Positions 1 through 12,800 of a stretch of DNA of 64,000 bases are shown here, in pieces. The stretch comes from Schmidtea polychroa (Eukaryota), in assembly GCA_044892525.1 (NCBI GenBank), contig CM097887.1, positions 23,870,001 through 23,934,000 on the forward strand, read 5' to 3'. Both the position numbers and the translations under genes were made by a program. The number at the start of each line of letters is the position of its first letter. Within the stretch, counting starts at the first letter, position 1. The notes beneath the pieces are model-generated. The model was not told the origin of the DNA, searched no databases, and worked only from the letters and a program-made list of their open reading frames with translations.

Positions 1-361
1 TAATTCATCAGTATTGTTCTGCACAGCTGTTGTATTGCTTGGAAACAAACGTGCGATCAACGAAGCTGCCAATTGCTTGATTACAGCTTTCGAGCCGTAG
101 CAAAAGAATTGGTTAGATTTTGGGTAGAAATAAACTTATTTTACTATAAATTCATACTCAATTGGGGTGGCTAATAGCACCATCTGCAAGAGTATTGTAT
201 TGTAAGTGATAGAACAATTTCAAATGAGAAATCTGATGTGAAAATTATTTGAACATCAAAAATTTGTTATCCGGATACCCGATTCAATTACCCGGCTAAT
301 AAAATACTCGAAAAACATACAAATTATCGGGTACCCGGAAATCCGGGTATTGGAAACACTA
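1..361 (+). mobile_element. Degenerate 3' end of a hAT DNA transposon
   Basis: Broken-frame peptides APSARV and IVSDR (~165-230) resemble the hAT C-terminal dimerisation motif. TACCCG/CGGGTA subterminal motifs cluster at 270-350, and the region ends ...GGAAACACTA (TAG-type TIR). Confidence 0.45.
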
Positions 362-1444
362 ATTCATTTTTTGATTGGTTTATTTGTTTGTTTGTTTTAA
401 TTTACTGTTTTTACATTAATTTCGATCTTTTCCTTTTATTTTTGATTTATCGAATGATCGCCTCTACTAACATTGTTAACCTATGGATAAGGTGGTATTT
501 TTCTGTAGACGAGTCTTTTTTGGCGATTTATTCTTTTTTTAATGCTTTTCATAATATGTTTCATGTGCCACTGATTGCTTTTCTTAATTTTCTTAATTTT
601 GTTCTATTTAATGTTATATAATAATTTAAGAAATTTTTTGGGGGTTTCCATGTAATGTGTGTCGTCTTAATTGACCATTTACCTAGTTAATTAAAATAAG
701 AAATAGAAATGAAAACGATGAATTATTTGGATCTTGGCCCAGGATTTTTCTAGATTTATTTTTACTCATTTTCATTATTTTATTCGGGTTTCCCCAGGGT
801 CTTATTTACTACTCACACCATTCAACCCAAAAATGTATATCGGTGTATATAAACAAATGGATTGCTCATGAAACATTTTCTCAAAAATTAGTTAGTAATT
901 CCATTTCTTTTAAAAATATCTAATAATAAACAAATTTTGATCCATAAGAACATTTAAAATTTAAAAATATTTGATAGATATTTAGAATTTATATAACTCA
1001 TACTTGAACATATTCATAACATATTAAATATTACTGATTTATAGTCTTCAAACTCTCCTTTCAATTCAATGGATAAAATAATCAGTGGTGAAATTGAAAG
1101 AAATAAAAGTTCTTATATTAATATTAAATATTGTTTAAATAATTTAAATAATTATTCAATTTTAAAATTGATAAATGATTGTTAGAATTATTTTTTAATT
1201 AATTTTTAGTTATATTAAATAATTATATAATTAAAATTTTACCAAGCTTTTTCATATATAATTGTGAATAATTCTTTAAATTCATTTTTAGAATACTCGA
1301 TGTGAGCATTGTGATGTTTTCGTTAAAAATTTCCTTTCAATTAAAAAAGTAGCTTCTAAGCAAAATAATAAAATAAAAGAACTCAATGATAAAGACAATC
1401 AAAATATTTGCACCATAAAAAAACTTGAAGAAGAAATTTCTGAT

Positions 1445-1954
1445 TTGAAAAAGCAATCAGAATTGCTTTTAAAAGAAAATGAACAGCTGAAGAATTCTAA
1501 ACAGTTATCAGAAAGTGAAACAGAGTATCGTCTGAAAATAATTGAAAAAGATAAAATTATTGAAGAACTAAATTTAGAATTATTGTCAGTAAATGAACTC
1601 AAAAATAATATTAATGAATCAGTCAAGTTAAATAGAAATCTCAAAACTGTCTATTCAGATCAATCTCAAATTCATCAAATCTCTCATGAAATCTGTATGA
1701 AGTTGACTAAATTTATCAATTATTTTGATCAAGAGAACGCGGTTTCAGAACCGCATAATCTGAAATTTATTCGTAATTCCTTTTTGAATTTCCTCGACAA
1801 TATATCAAATGAAGCTTTAATGTTAAACAAGGAACATGATTTGCTGGGTAAATATTTGTTTAATTATGATTTATTAATTATTATATTAATCTTAATGAAT
1901 TGTCGACAATTAGATATTATTAAGGCTGAGTGTTATATCATGTCATTTCACTAA
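1445..1954 (+). CDS. Exon(s) of a coiled-coil host protein, function unknown
   Basis: ORF with heptad-like E/K/L-rich N-terminal half. Candidate in-frame GT-AG intron at 1848-1913 (66 nt). Other exons not resolved. Confidence 0.3.
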   Translation: MKKQSELLLKENEQLKNSKQLSESETEYRLKIIEKDKIIEELNLELLSVNELKNNINESVKLNRNLKTVYSDQSQIHQISHEICMKLTKFINYFDQENAVSEPHNLKFIRNSFLNFLDNISNEALMLNKEHDLLGKYLFNYDLLIIILILMNCRQLDIIKAECYIMSFH

Positions 1955-2200
1955 ATATACCGCTATAATAGCCTATTGAACAGTGTCATTGATCAAGTAA
2001 CTAGATTTAATAAGGAGTCCCCCTCCCCTATTTAATATTTCAACGCTACTGTAAATATTGGAGAGAATTAATGATAAATTAATTCAAATTAGACTCAAAT
2101 AATTAAAAGCCATTATTTAAAAAAATATAATTGTGAAATATATATAGCTAATTAATGAAAGTATCCATCATTCGAAGGAAGAATATAACTTTTAAATTTG

Positions 2201-2945
2201 ATCGACAACATGCCATTTTTATTTCAAAGTTATCTGAAAATCGACATTTTCCTATCGAATGATGCATAATTTATTAAATTTGGCCGAGTATTTTATTTAG
2301 AACTGTTAATTATAATTCTAAATGTAACATTTCAAAAATTCATTTATTTAAATAATTAATTATTGAATAAATTATATTAATCAATATCAAATATTAGAAA
2401 TTAATTTGTATTTCAAAAAACGTTATTGCTGCTATTTAATATGATTTTTCCTATTCAAAAGTTTATATTGAGAATTTCTTTACCATTTTATAAATTGTTT
2501 GATTGTATTTCATTATTGAGCATTAGCTTTTCAATTTGTTATTTACAAAAGATAATTATTTTTATATTGAATAAGGAAATGAATTTTGTTTTGACATGTA
2601 AACATTGATGGTCTAAATATTTTAATGCTACTAATTAAAAAAAAATATTTTTTTCTAAGTCTGTTTCATTTGTACGTTCATATATTTGGAAACTTATTAT
2701 ACTTTGCTGTGACTTAGTTTTAATCGACAATGTCATTTTTATTTCAAAGTTATCTGAAAATCGACATTTCTCTATCGAATGATGCATAATTTATTAAATT
2801 TGGCCAATTATTTCTTTTAAAACTGATAATTCTAATTCTAAATGTAACATTTCAAAAATTCATTTATTTAAATAATTATTTATTGAATAAATTATATTAA
2901 TCAATATATAATTTGAGAAATTAATTTTAATTTCAATGAATGTTA
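2201..2945. repeat. Direct duplication of ~225 bp (2201-2425 and 2723-2945)
   Basis: Near-identical runs such as TTTTTATTTCAAAGTTATCTGAAAATCGACATTT...ATGCATAATTTATTAAATTTGGCC occur in both copies, ~520 bp apart. Confidence 0.85.
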
Positions 2946-3039
2946 TTTAAGTTATGTAATGTAATTTTTGCAATTAGCATTTTTATATTCACATACAGGG
3001 TTTGAAGTTCAATTTAATATTTATAAAAAGACTAATCCT

Positions 3040-3790
3040 TAATGACAGAGACAAGAAATAAAATATCAAATTGCATAGGGAAATTTATTATTCAAAACTA
3101 TGGCGACCTTAAACCAACAGAAATATCAAGAATTTTTAATCTTCCCGAAGCCTCAATTAGAAGTATTATTCGAGTTTAGAAGAGTGAAGGACGCATTGAA
3201 AAAAATATTGTAGGTGGAAGAAATTATAAAATTAATGAGATTAAAAACGTTATACGAAAAAAAATCGTAGAGAAATGTGATAAAACTCTCCAGACTCTAT
3301 CAGAAAAGGTAAAAGAAAAGTTTAATGTGACTGTTTCTACAACTGCGGGCAATAATTCTTTAAAATCACTTCATTATGGCTTTAAAAGATTAAAAGTTGT
3401 CGCAGAAAAAAGTTTAAGTGATGATGTCTTGGCAGAAAGAGTGAGATATTCAACAGAGTTCCAAGACTTATTAACGATAAAGAACAAGAGAAACATATTT
3501 TTTATTGATGAAGTTGGTTTCAATATTAGTATGCATTCAAAATATGGAAGATCACCCATAATTTCAGCACCAGGTGTTCGTTCAAGGAATCATAGTACGT
3601 GATGTGTAATGAATAAATAAAGGGAAATATTTTGCATCACTCAACACCACGCTTACAATACCTTGGATTTTTTAAATTATCTCAATTTTTTAATGCAGTG
3701 GACGGAATGTGTGCTTGTCATGGAAAATATATAACACAATTTAATCCTATTGAACACATGTTTGTAAAATGGAAAAATTACATAAGACAA
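3040..3790 (+). mobile_element. Tc1/IS630-like DDE transposase pseudogene
   Basis: HTH-like N-terminal region, LKSLHYGFKRLK, then IFFIDEVGFN (first catalytic D). Later fragments include FNPIEHMFVKWK. Stops and frameshifts present. Confidence 0.8.
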
Positions 3791-4511
3791 GAAATAAGAT
3801 AATATTTTTGCCCTTGATGTAGGGCCTGAAACATGCACATATAATTTTTTTAAATTTTAATTATTTAAAAATGAATTACAAATGCATTATTAAAAATAAC
3901 AAATATTTAACTTTTGTTTTAATATCATTATTGCCACCTTTTTTCCAACTGCACAAAAGAAAATGTACTCAAAACTCTGGAATGTAATAATTTGTAGAAC
4001 ATAGAACCGCTTCACCTCTATATCAGACTTATAAATGCATCAACCTCAATCTGTCTGTTCTTCATATATTTATATATTATTAGTTTTCGAAGTTCACCTA
4101 ATGAAAATATCAGGTTGCATTTCAATTTTAAAAAAGAAAGACCAAATCATTGTTCTATATCAATATCGTGATTGTTATCGAGTTTAATGCCTTTATATAT
4201 TTTATATGTATTTATGATTTTTATGTTCCTACACTTGACTGAACACAAATTTCTTTTTAATATTTCTTTTTTTGTAAGTTCGTCTTTTTAAGAGGTTTTG
4301 ACATTTTCGACAGTATATGTTCAAAACATTCCTATTCAACGAGAATTAAACTCCTTGTAATTATAAGTATTAAATATCCATCAATAAAAATAAAAAAATT
4401 AATTAAAATATTATTAACCAATCATTGATCATAAAAATATAAAAATTAAAAAATAATAACAATTTGAATTTAATAATTGATAAAAATTTAAAAAATAAAA
4501 AAATAAATAAA

Positions 4512-5594
4512 ATGGATATTTTCAATGATAAAATGTTTAATGACTTTTATACAACAACAAAAGATGAAACATCAAACTTTATGAAAAAAATTTCTGAAGT
4601 TCCAACTTCTGAATTCGGGTTGACATCCATTAATAGTTATAAAAAATTAAAAAATTTAGGCGAAGGGTCCTATGGAAGGGTGTTCAAAGCTATTCATGAA
4701 CAAACCGAAGAAATAGTTGCAATAAAAGAAATAAAATGCAGATCCAGAAAGCAACAATTTACTACTGTATTAATTCGGGAAATAAAAGTATTAAAAGCAT
4801 TAAAACATGAAAATATTGTTGAATTCAAAGAACTGTGTTTCAAACAAAGATATAATGAAGAAAATGGTTATTCGTCAACGTATTATTTGGTATTAGAATA
4901 CTGTTCTGAAACACTAAGACAAAGAATAAAGTCCACTAAATCTCAAGAAATGGAACCCACAGAAAGACACTCAATAATGAAACAATGCCTGACCGGCATC
5001 AATTTCATGCATCAAAACAAATATTTACACCGAGATATAAAACCATCAAACATTTTGATCAATGAAAAAGGAATTGTCAAACTCGCAGATTTTGGTATGG
5101 CAAGGGGTTTTCTAACTTCTAACTCACTTCCCAAACCGAATTACAGCCCACATATCGGAACTAAAGCTTATTTAGCACCGGAATTGTTGATGCAATGGAC
5201 TTGCTATACTTCCGCTATTGATATTTGGAGTCTAGGTTGCACCTTCATTGAGTTATGGACAAAGACTCCAATTTTCTTCGCAACAACCGAAATTGGTCAA
5301 CTTAACTTAATACAAAAGATTTGTGGCAGACTTTATCAACCTAAGAAACCAACCGGACTGTCAATGTTATATCCAACTAATGATGGATGGCCCAACCATC
5401 AGAACAAATTGGAAGACTTCTTGAAAGACAAAATATCCGATCCAAATATAATTGAAATATTAGCTAACATGGTAAATCTGGATTCAATTAAAAGAATTTC
5501 AGCTGAAACGTTATTAGAAAATGACTTTTTCAAAACTCCAATTAAGACTCACAATTTCCAAATATCTCAAAATTCTTCAAGACAAATCGCCTAA
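4512..5594 (+). CDS. CDK-family Ser/Thr protein kinase (CDK9-like, divergent), single exon
   Basis: GEGSYG loop, VAIKEIK, IREIKVL (alphaC), HRDIKPSNIL, LADFGMAR, APE, IDIWSLGC. The ORF track starts at TTG 4464; the first ATG is at 4512. Confidence 0.85.
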   Translation: MDIFNDKMFNDFYTTTKDETSNFMKKISEVPTSEFGLTSINSYKKLKNLGEGSYGRVFKAIHEQTEEIVAIKEIKCRSRKQQFTTVLIREIKVLKALKHENIVEFKELCFKQRYNEENGYSSTYYLVLEYCSETLRQRIKSTKSQEMEPTERHSIMKQCLTGINFMHQNKYLHRDIKPSNILINEKGIVKLADFGMARGFLTSNSLPKPNYSPHIGTKAYLAPELLMQWTCYTSAIDIWSLGCTFIELWTKTPIFFATTEIGQLNLIQKICGRLYQPKKPTGLSMLYPTNDGWPNHQNKLEDFLKDKISDPNIIEILANMVNLDSIKRISAETLLENDFFKTPIKTHNFQISQNSSRQIA

Positions 5595-5882
5595 CTTCTT
5601 TTGACTGACTTAGTTGGTAGCACAACAGATGGAGCTGGAGCCATGAAAATATTTGGCTACCCTTATAAATGTAATCAGTTAGCTCAGTTTGGTTTACTAT
5701 TTTTGACAGCTTATTATTACAAAATTAAGGATTTAAAAATTAATTTATTTTTTTTCGATAATTTTTCATAAAAATTTAAAAATTTTATCATCATTTTCTA
5801 ATTTCATAAATTATGTTTTATACTTTCTTTTTTATACTTTCAAATATTTTTTTTATACTTTTATTCTTTTTTATACTTTCAA

Positions 5883-6141
5883 ATTTATACTTTCAAATAT
5901 AATAAGCAATTAGTCATTTTCAAATAGATTGTAATAGAAAATAGAAAATAATATTATAGTTTTATATAGGAATGTAGGAATTGCTTAACTGAAAATATTA
6001 AATGTGATAGGAAATATCACATTTAATATTTTCAGTTAAGCAATTCCTACATTCCTATATAAAACTATAATATTATTTTCTATTTTCTATTACAATCTAT
6101 TTGAAAATGACTAATTGCTTATTATATTTGAAAGTATAAAT
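5883..6141. repeat. Perfect long palindrome, 127-bp arms with a 5-nt loop
   Basis: 5883-6009 is the reverse complement of 6015-6141; loop GGAAA at 6010-6014. Confidence 0.9.
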
Positions 6142-6291
6142 AAACTAAAAGTTATTTCATGAATATAATTATATTTTTGGTGTATATTACAAAATATTAT
6201 AACAAAATTAGAGAATATGTTTATAAAAAATATAAATATTAATGCTACATCTATTCTAGTGAAAGTACAGGAAAATGTTTTGAAAAAAGGG

Positions 6292-6478
6292 NNNNNNNNN
6301 NNNNNNNNNNNNNNNNNNNNNNNNNNNNNNNNNNNNNNNNNNNNNNNNNNNNNNNNNNNNNNNNNNNNNNNNNNNNNNNNNNNNNNNNNNNNNNNNNNNN
6401 NNNNNNNNNNNNNNNNNNNNNNNNNNNNNNNNNNNNNNNNNNNNNNNNNNNNNNNNNNNNNNNNNNNNNNNNNNNNNN
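6292..6478. other. Assembly gap (N run)
   Basis: Run of N. Confidence 1.
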
Positions 6479-7119
6479 ATGAATCAGTAAATATATTGAC
6501 GTTACTGATTTATCGATTTACTTTTTAATTAATACAATGTCAATGAAAAAGAAATCAGTGGTGAAATTTGAAAAAAAAAGTATTTATAGCCACAAGTAAT
6601 AGAGGAAACGTAGAAATTTAACACAAAGATCACAAAAATTAATTTTATTCGAGAAAATGACTTATATATAAGGATTTTAGTCTGTCCTGCTTTTTTTTGA
6701 TATTCCATAATCACTTCCCCCCACCTGTTCATAGAGAAGTTCATTTTTTCGTAAGCCACTTTTTTTGTAAGCCACCCAGTAAATACAAGACACTTTTTGG
6801 TATCCTTTGCTGCAGTTTCTAGTTTTTGCGGATCTTTTAGCAGAAGCATTATGAATCAAAAAAAATTTAATGATAAAAGAATAATCAATAAGCACGAAAA
6901 GTCAATAATAGAGAATTTCTTCAAATGCCCATTTTCAAAAATCTTTTTTTTTATTCAGTCGTGAAATGTGAGTAAATGAATTTTTCCTGAAGAATGCAAC
7001 TTCTAGAACAGCAATTCAAGCCCATTGCCATTACTTGTAAACTTCTCATTTTAGTATGGAAAACGACTCTCACATCCACCATAAATTAGGAGAAAAAATT
7101 AATAAAACTTAAAATTAAA

Positions 7120-8417
7120 ATGAAATATATATTTAATCAAATTTATTCAATCTGTCATATTTTTGCTGCTACCTATTGGTCATTAATTTATCCCGAATAT
7201 ATCCCGAAATTTCAAAATCCACTAACAAACGCAATACAAATGAAAAACCCATGCTCAAATCAAATAAGACAATTGAATTTCATTTCGCAATTCAATTGTA
7301 CAATCAATGCATCGCAGGAGCAACAAATATAGCAGCTGATATACTATCGAGAATAGAATGAATAGACATAAACAGAATTCAGCGAAATCGTCGAAACCGA
7401 ACAGATTAAAAACAAACAGAAAGAAACTTACAAAGAATTACCAACAAAACACAATCTGAGACTTAAAAAAATCACCGAAGTCTGGTACGACATCAGCAAC
7501 GAAAATTCTCCAAGACTCTTACTACCAATATAATTTAGAAACACATGCATTTCAAAGGTACATAACCTCAGCCATTCAGGAAACAGAGTTATTTACGGAA
7601 TAATCCATAACAAATACATATTGTCAAACATGAGAACAGAAATCAAAAATGTCGTAAAAACGTGCAAAAACTGCCAGATCAACAAAACAAAAAAACTAGT
7701 AGCACAAAAAGTAAGTTTTCCAAACATACCGATATAATTGGAATACTTGTACCAAACAATGGTTATCAATACTTGTTTACTATAATGTACAGAAAAACAA
7801 AGTGGTTCGAAGCAGTCCCTGTCAAAGAAATATCAGCAAAATCATATGTAACAACCTAGAACTCAACTGAATAGCTCGCTACGATCAACCAAAAACTATA
7901 ATAACTGACCAAGGAAGGCAATTAGAATCATAGCTATTCAAAATACTATGCAAAAAATACAACATCAAAATAAACAGGACAACCACCTACAATCCTCAGA
8001 CAAATAGGGAAATTGAAAGGCTACACATAACAATTAAAGAAAACAAAAGTGGAAAACAGAAATTCGTTCGAACAACTACCAGCAATCCTACTGGGATTAC
8101 GAAACACTCCAAATTCAATAGATAGTAAAAGCTACACATATAAAGTTTTTGGCAGAGAAAATAATCTACCATCACTAAGAACAAATAGCAAAATCAACAC
8201 AGAAACAATAAAACAAATAACAACCGAAAATAGTGAATTCAAACCAAAAGAAAGTCAAAAAAAAATAAAATACATAATCACAGTCTTAATAACAAAACCA
8301 TTCACAAAAGGTTTTGAATCAAAGTACGATGGCCCATACAAACTACTCGAACTAAATAAAAACGTGGCCACAATAATAAAAAACAACAAAGAAATGCGAA
8401 TAAATATCCTATATTAA
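7120..8417 (+). mobile_element. Ty3/Gypsy LTR retrotransposon pol remnant (RNase H end plus integrase)
   Basis: GATNIAADILSR (RNase H end); HHCC-like HNLSHSG...TCKNCQ; core pieces HTDIIG, KWFEAVPVK, ITDQGRQ, EIERLH; EQLPAILLGLRNTP; KYDGPYKLL. Frameshifted. Confidence 0.85.
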
Positions 8418-8630
8418 AACACCATCACCAAAATGAACAATGCCCATATAATGCACCAAACAACAATAACTAAACAAAGCAAGGACATATTACACTCAAC
8501 TACGAACCACCACAAACCTCCAATAAAAACTTCCCTGCACCAAACACATACAGAAAACGGTATAGTGACTTTCTCAAATATTATTATCGTTACTTCGTTT
8601 TCAGAATTAATAGTGTTAACCTCCAATTTT

Positions 8631-8650
8631 AAGGGGAGGGGGGTTGTGCT
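8631..8650 (+). other. Polypurine tract followed by a putative 3' LTR start (TG...) of the Gypsy remnant
   Basis: AAGGGGAGGGGGG immediately followed by TTGTGCTG, ~200 bp downstream of the integrase. Confidence 0.55.
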
Positions 8651-9050
8651 GCATGTTATTTTTTAATTTTTATAAGTTTTGAAAAACAATAAATCATTAA
8701 ACAGTTATAACCTTGGAAATTATATTCCCGGAAAAGTTTACAAAATTATTATGCCCCAAACTGGAAGAAGATAGATTCTTTAGGTTCAATAGTTTTTTTA
8801 TTGTTAATATTTAATATTTACAATTATATAATTATAATGGAAAAATAAACACACGCACCCCAGAAGCCCCAATACAGATTTTAAAGGTGATTTCACTAGG
8901 CCCAACAAATTTTTTTAGAGACAATTATAAAACTTAAAGAAAGTTTTCTATAAATAAAATTTTTTATTGTAACTGAAATAAATTATTATGTTATAAAATA
9001 AAATTTTTTATTTATATATTATTGAAAATTTATATATTATTATATTGAAA

Positions 9051-9586
9051 CTAGCTGTTGTAGCCGGCTTCGCCCGAGTTTATATTTATTATAATAATTC
9101 ATTTAAATTAATTTTTTGGTATACGATGTTATTACGTTCCAGTATTGATTTTATAACAGCTTCAATTTATGTTTAATTCACAATAAGAAAAGCTTTCAAA
9201 ATAAATTTCAATTTGTAAAATCGAAAACGCACTCCAATTTAAATCGAAAAATAACTGGCAATATTTTCCCAATTGCAAATTGGTTCACTAGTCAAATAAA
9301 ATTCAAATTCTCCATGTTTGAATTCTGCTTTGAATACTTTTGACTAAATTATGTTTCAAATGCAAGTAGCAAGCATATAATTAATTATTTATATGGTAAA
9401 TTACTGAACGGACAGACAAACAAACCGACGTTGGGTACCCTAGTGATGGTTACCTTGTGTTGAAACATAGCCTATGACCTGTCCCGAGTCAAACGAGGGT
9501 CACATGCAAATTTTCAGCACCCTAGGTCCAACGGTGGGGAATTCTATAGAAAACAAACAAACAAACTTTCATCTTTATATATTAGA
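9051..9586 (-). mobile_element. Non-autonomous Helitron
   Basis: Minus strand begins TCTAATATATAAAG with a (GTTT)n tract and ends CGGGCGAAGCCGG...CAGCTAG. Inserted between A and T. Confidence 0.85.
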
Positions 9587-9870
9587 TTACTGAACACATA
9601 TTATTGACTACTTATTGACTAAATTATTGAATATATATAATTGAATATTTATATATTATTATTGAATTAATTTTAAATACAATATTGATCAGTACATTTA
9701 TCTATCCTTCAGTAAATTAGCGACCTTTCACGACTTTTTCACAAGAGCGAAATGTACAATTGTAAAACTGTACAAACATCTAAAATAAAATTTATTGAAA
9801 TAAACTAAGATTAATTAAAATATTTACATAATAAATGATGTAATCAAAATAATTCCAATTTACCAGAGTA

Positions 9871-12800
9871 ATGCTGACAATCGTCATTTTCATAGGTTCG
9901 ATTAAACGTCTTATTGAAAGCGTTGATTTGCCAGAAAAAGAAGTGATCCAGGTATTAGACAATGATCAGAGGGCCATCACACAGTCCTCTGTTCATGAAT
10001 TGAATAAAACCATAGAATCTCACCAACCAATCAGATTCGATGATAATGAATCTGAAACCGATTGGAGTATTATGTCAACGAATGAATATGTTAATATCTT
10101 TCATTTGAAGAGGTTTGAGTCAGAAGTCAATGCGAAATCGGTTAATGTCGAAAATACACCATCGAACAGTATCGATCCTGTTATTGAGAAAATTCAATCT
10201 GATGAAAATTCTTTTGACTTATTGCTCAATTATTCCAACGATTTGAATGGAATAAATCTTGATAACTCAAATATTCCCATCAGTTTTGACAATCTCAATA
10301 TGTTTAGTGATGAAGAAATCAGCCAATCGACACCGTATAATGACAGTATCATACCCGATGAAACGGAAACCGTAACCAGTAATAGCGATTTTATGCAGGA
10401 ATCAATTAGTGGTATAAATTGCGGAAATCGATCCAAGCACCCTCACCTGATTAATGAAAATCATAACGAGAATGAATCGAGTTCCGATAACGAATCCGAC
10501 GAGAGCGATATGAAACAGAGGGAACATTTAGATTCCTCGCTTTCGGATAAACTGGAAATTGAATTAGAAATAAACCAATCCATGAACGCACAACAAATCA
10601 ACACAGATGCCAAGATACAGAAAGAAATTGCAACCGAAATAAACTTAAATCCAGAATTGTATTTATCAAAGAATAACAAAATCAGCCATATCGAAGAAAC
10701 AAGACGTCGAGTGTACAACGAATCTATATGTGCTATAACCACCCCCAACAAACGAATGAAACACGAAATACCAATAGAAAACAAAGAAGGAATCCCAGAA
10801 AGTATCGTTGGATGTGAGAATATTCCCGGCCCCGTTTGTGATGACATTGAAATCATTACCAACAGTTCCTCGTCTCTGGTTGGCTCTAATAAATATTCCA
10901 ATTGTAAACCGGAAAATTATCAGCCAAAAACCATTTCCAGATTATTGTCGGTCGATATCGATTGTCCTCTGAACATGATAGTTAAACCTTCAAGCTCATC
11001 GATAATTCAAATTCCAAATCAAACCTCAAACATTTCTCTAACCCATTTCTGCAACCTGGAAAATTGTTTAATCTCCAATAACCTTCAAAAAAATTCGCAA
11101 TCAATTTCTACAGAATTATCAATAAATCCATTGAAATCCACAGAAAATCCACAGAAATCAATAGCTCAGTTGAAACACAAAGAAAATCCACAAAAATCAA
11201 TAAATCCATTGAAACCCATAGAAAATTCAGAGGAATCAACAAGTTCATTGAAACCCGTAGAAAATCCACAGAAATCAATAAAGTTGAAAAACAAAGAAGA
11301 TCTAGAAAAATCAATAAATCAATTGAAACTCACAGAAAATTCAAAGGAATCAATAAATCCATTGAAACCCACAGAAAATTCAAAAAAATCAATAAATCCA
11401 TTGAAACCCATAGAAAATCCTGAAAAATCAATAAATCCAAAATCAAAAGAAAACCAATCAATCCGATTTGAAAACCACCCAAAATCCGAATCAATGAAAC
11501 CATCGAATCCCGATGCCATTCGAACAGCGGAAATAGAAAGAAGAATAAAACTTGCGGAGAAAAAGCCTGTCCAACTGGTATCCAATGAAAACCACCAAAT
11601 TAAACTCACAGAAACTTCGAAACGTTTGAGTGAGAAAAAAATATCTACAGTGCGAAAAGAATTTCCAGTAATTAATAGAAAAAATAACAACCTATCAAAA
11701 CGCTTTGTCCACCAACAAACCTCCGGTATCGATCTAATGGAATTGCGGCCGATTGCGAGAGAAAACCTGATAATGGAAAGAATGACAAAGCAAGATTTTT
11801 GTGACGGGAAAATAACTCAATTTAAAACCGATTCAATCTCAGGCACGAAAAGAAAACGAGAAGATTTGCAGTTGTCAACGAATAAGCAAAAAATTACCAA
11901 GCTGCCGAAATCACGAAAAATCATCCAATCGAAACCGACCGAAGAAACAAAGTCAACCAGTAAACTACTCAATGTGAATCTCGGCCAATATTTATTGAGG
12001 CATCACATCAACGAAGAGAATATCATAAAACACCAACGATTGGTCACATTCACTGCATACAATCCCATTTTGCCGCTACCATTACCAGGTGCCATTGAAA
12101 ACGAATCGGAAGAGAATAGAAATGAAATTCCCATTAAAAATCCACCAATTAAATGCAATAATGAAACAACCAATCAAATCAAGACAATTCCCGAATTCAG
12201 CCAATCAAAATTGAAACCCTTAAAAAATGAACAATTCATTGAAAATCAAATTGTAAATTTATTAAACGAGCTAACAAAAGAAAATGAAAACGATTTCATC
12301 CGGTTAATTGGCCAGCGACTTCCCATAGCAACAGAAAACGATGCGAAACTCTTAATCGATGGGATGTTTAATTTATTCAAATTGAACAAGGATAAATTAT
12401 TCAAACGCACTTTTCTAATTAATGCAATTTTCCAATTGGTTGTATCGATTATCAGCCGATGCCAGAAAGTTTACAGCTATTACTATTCGAATTTGTTGGC
12501 ATTTATCAAATCAATGGAAATCCATTCGGGATTGGTTGTAATCCTTGCGACGATATCGATTTTTATCTCCCTTCAACAGTGGGACAGGATTGTCGGGTTC
12601 TTTGTCGATTTATTACGACTGCCAAATATATTTCTATTGAAATTGGTCTCGGTAGTGACTCCGAATAACATTTTCCCCCAGCAAACAGGAACGAAATATG
12701 ATTCGATTACCGGGCTGTTTAAGAGGCTTGTGATATATGAGTATTCCACCACGAGTGACGAGGAATGCAAAAAACTGTTTTCCAACACTTCCATTGAGGT

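Noticed and set aside
6529-7080. Minus-strand ORF fragments (e.g. WGEVIMEYQKKAGQ)
   Set aside because: No recognisable family and broken frames next to a gap.
7120-8650. Gypsy remnant as the autonomous partner of the ORF253 elements
   Set aside because: Its putative LTR starts TGTGCTG rather than TGTTGG, no similarity to the family ends was seen, and it is heavily decayed.
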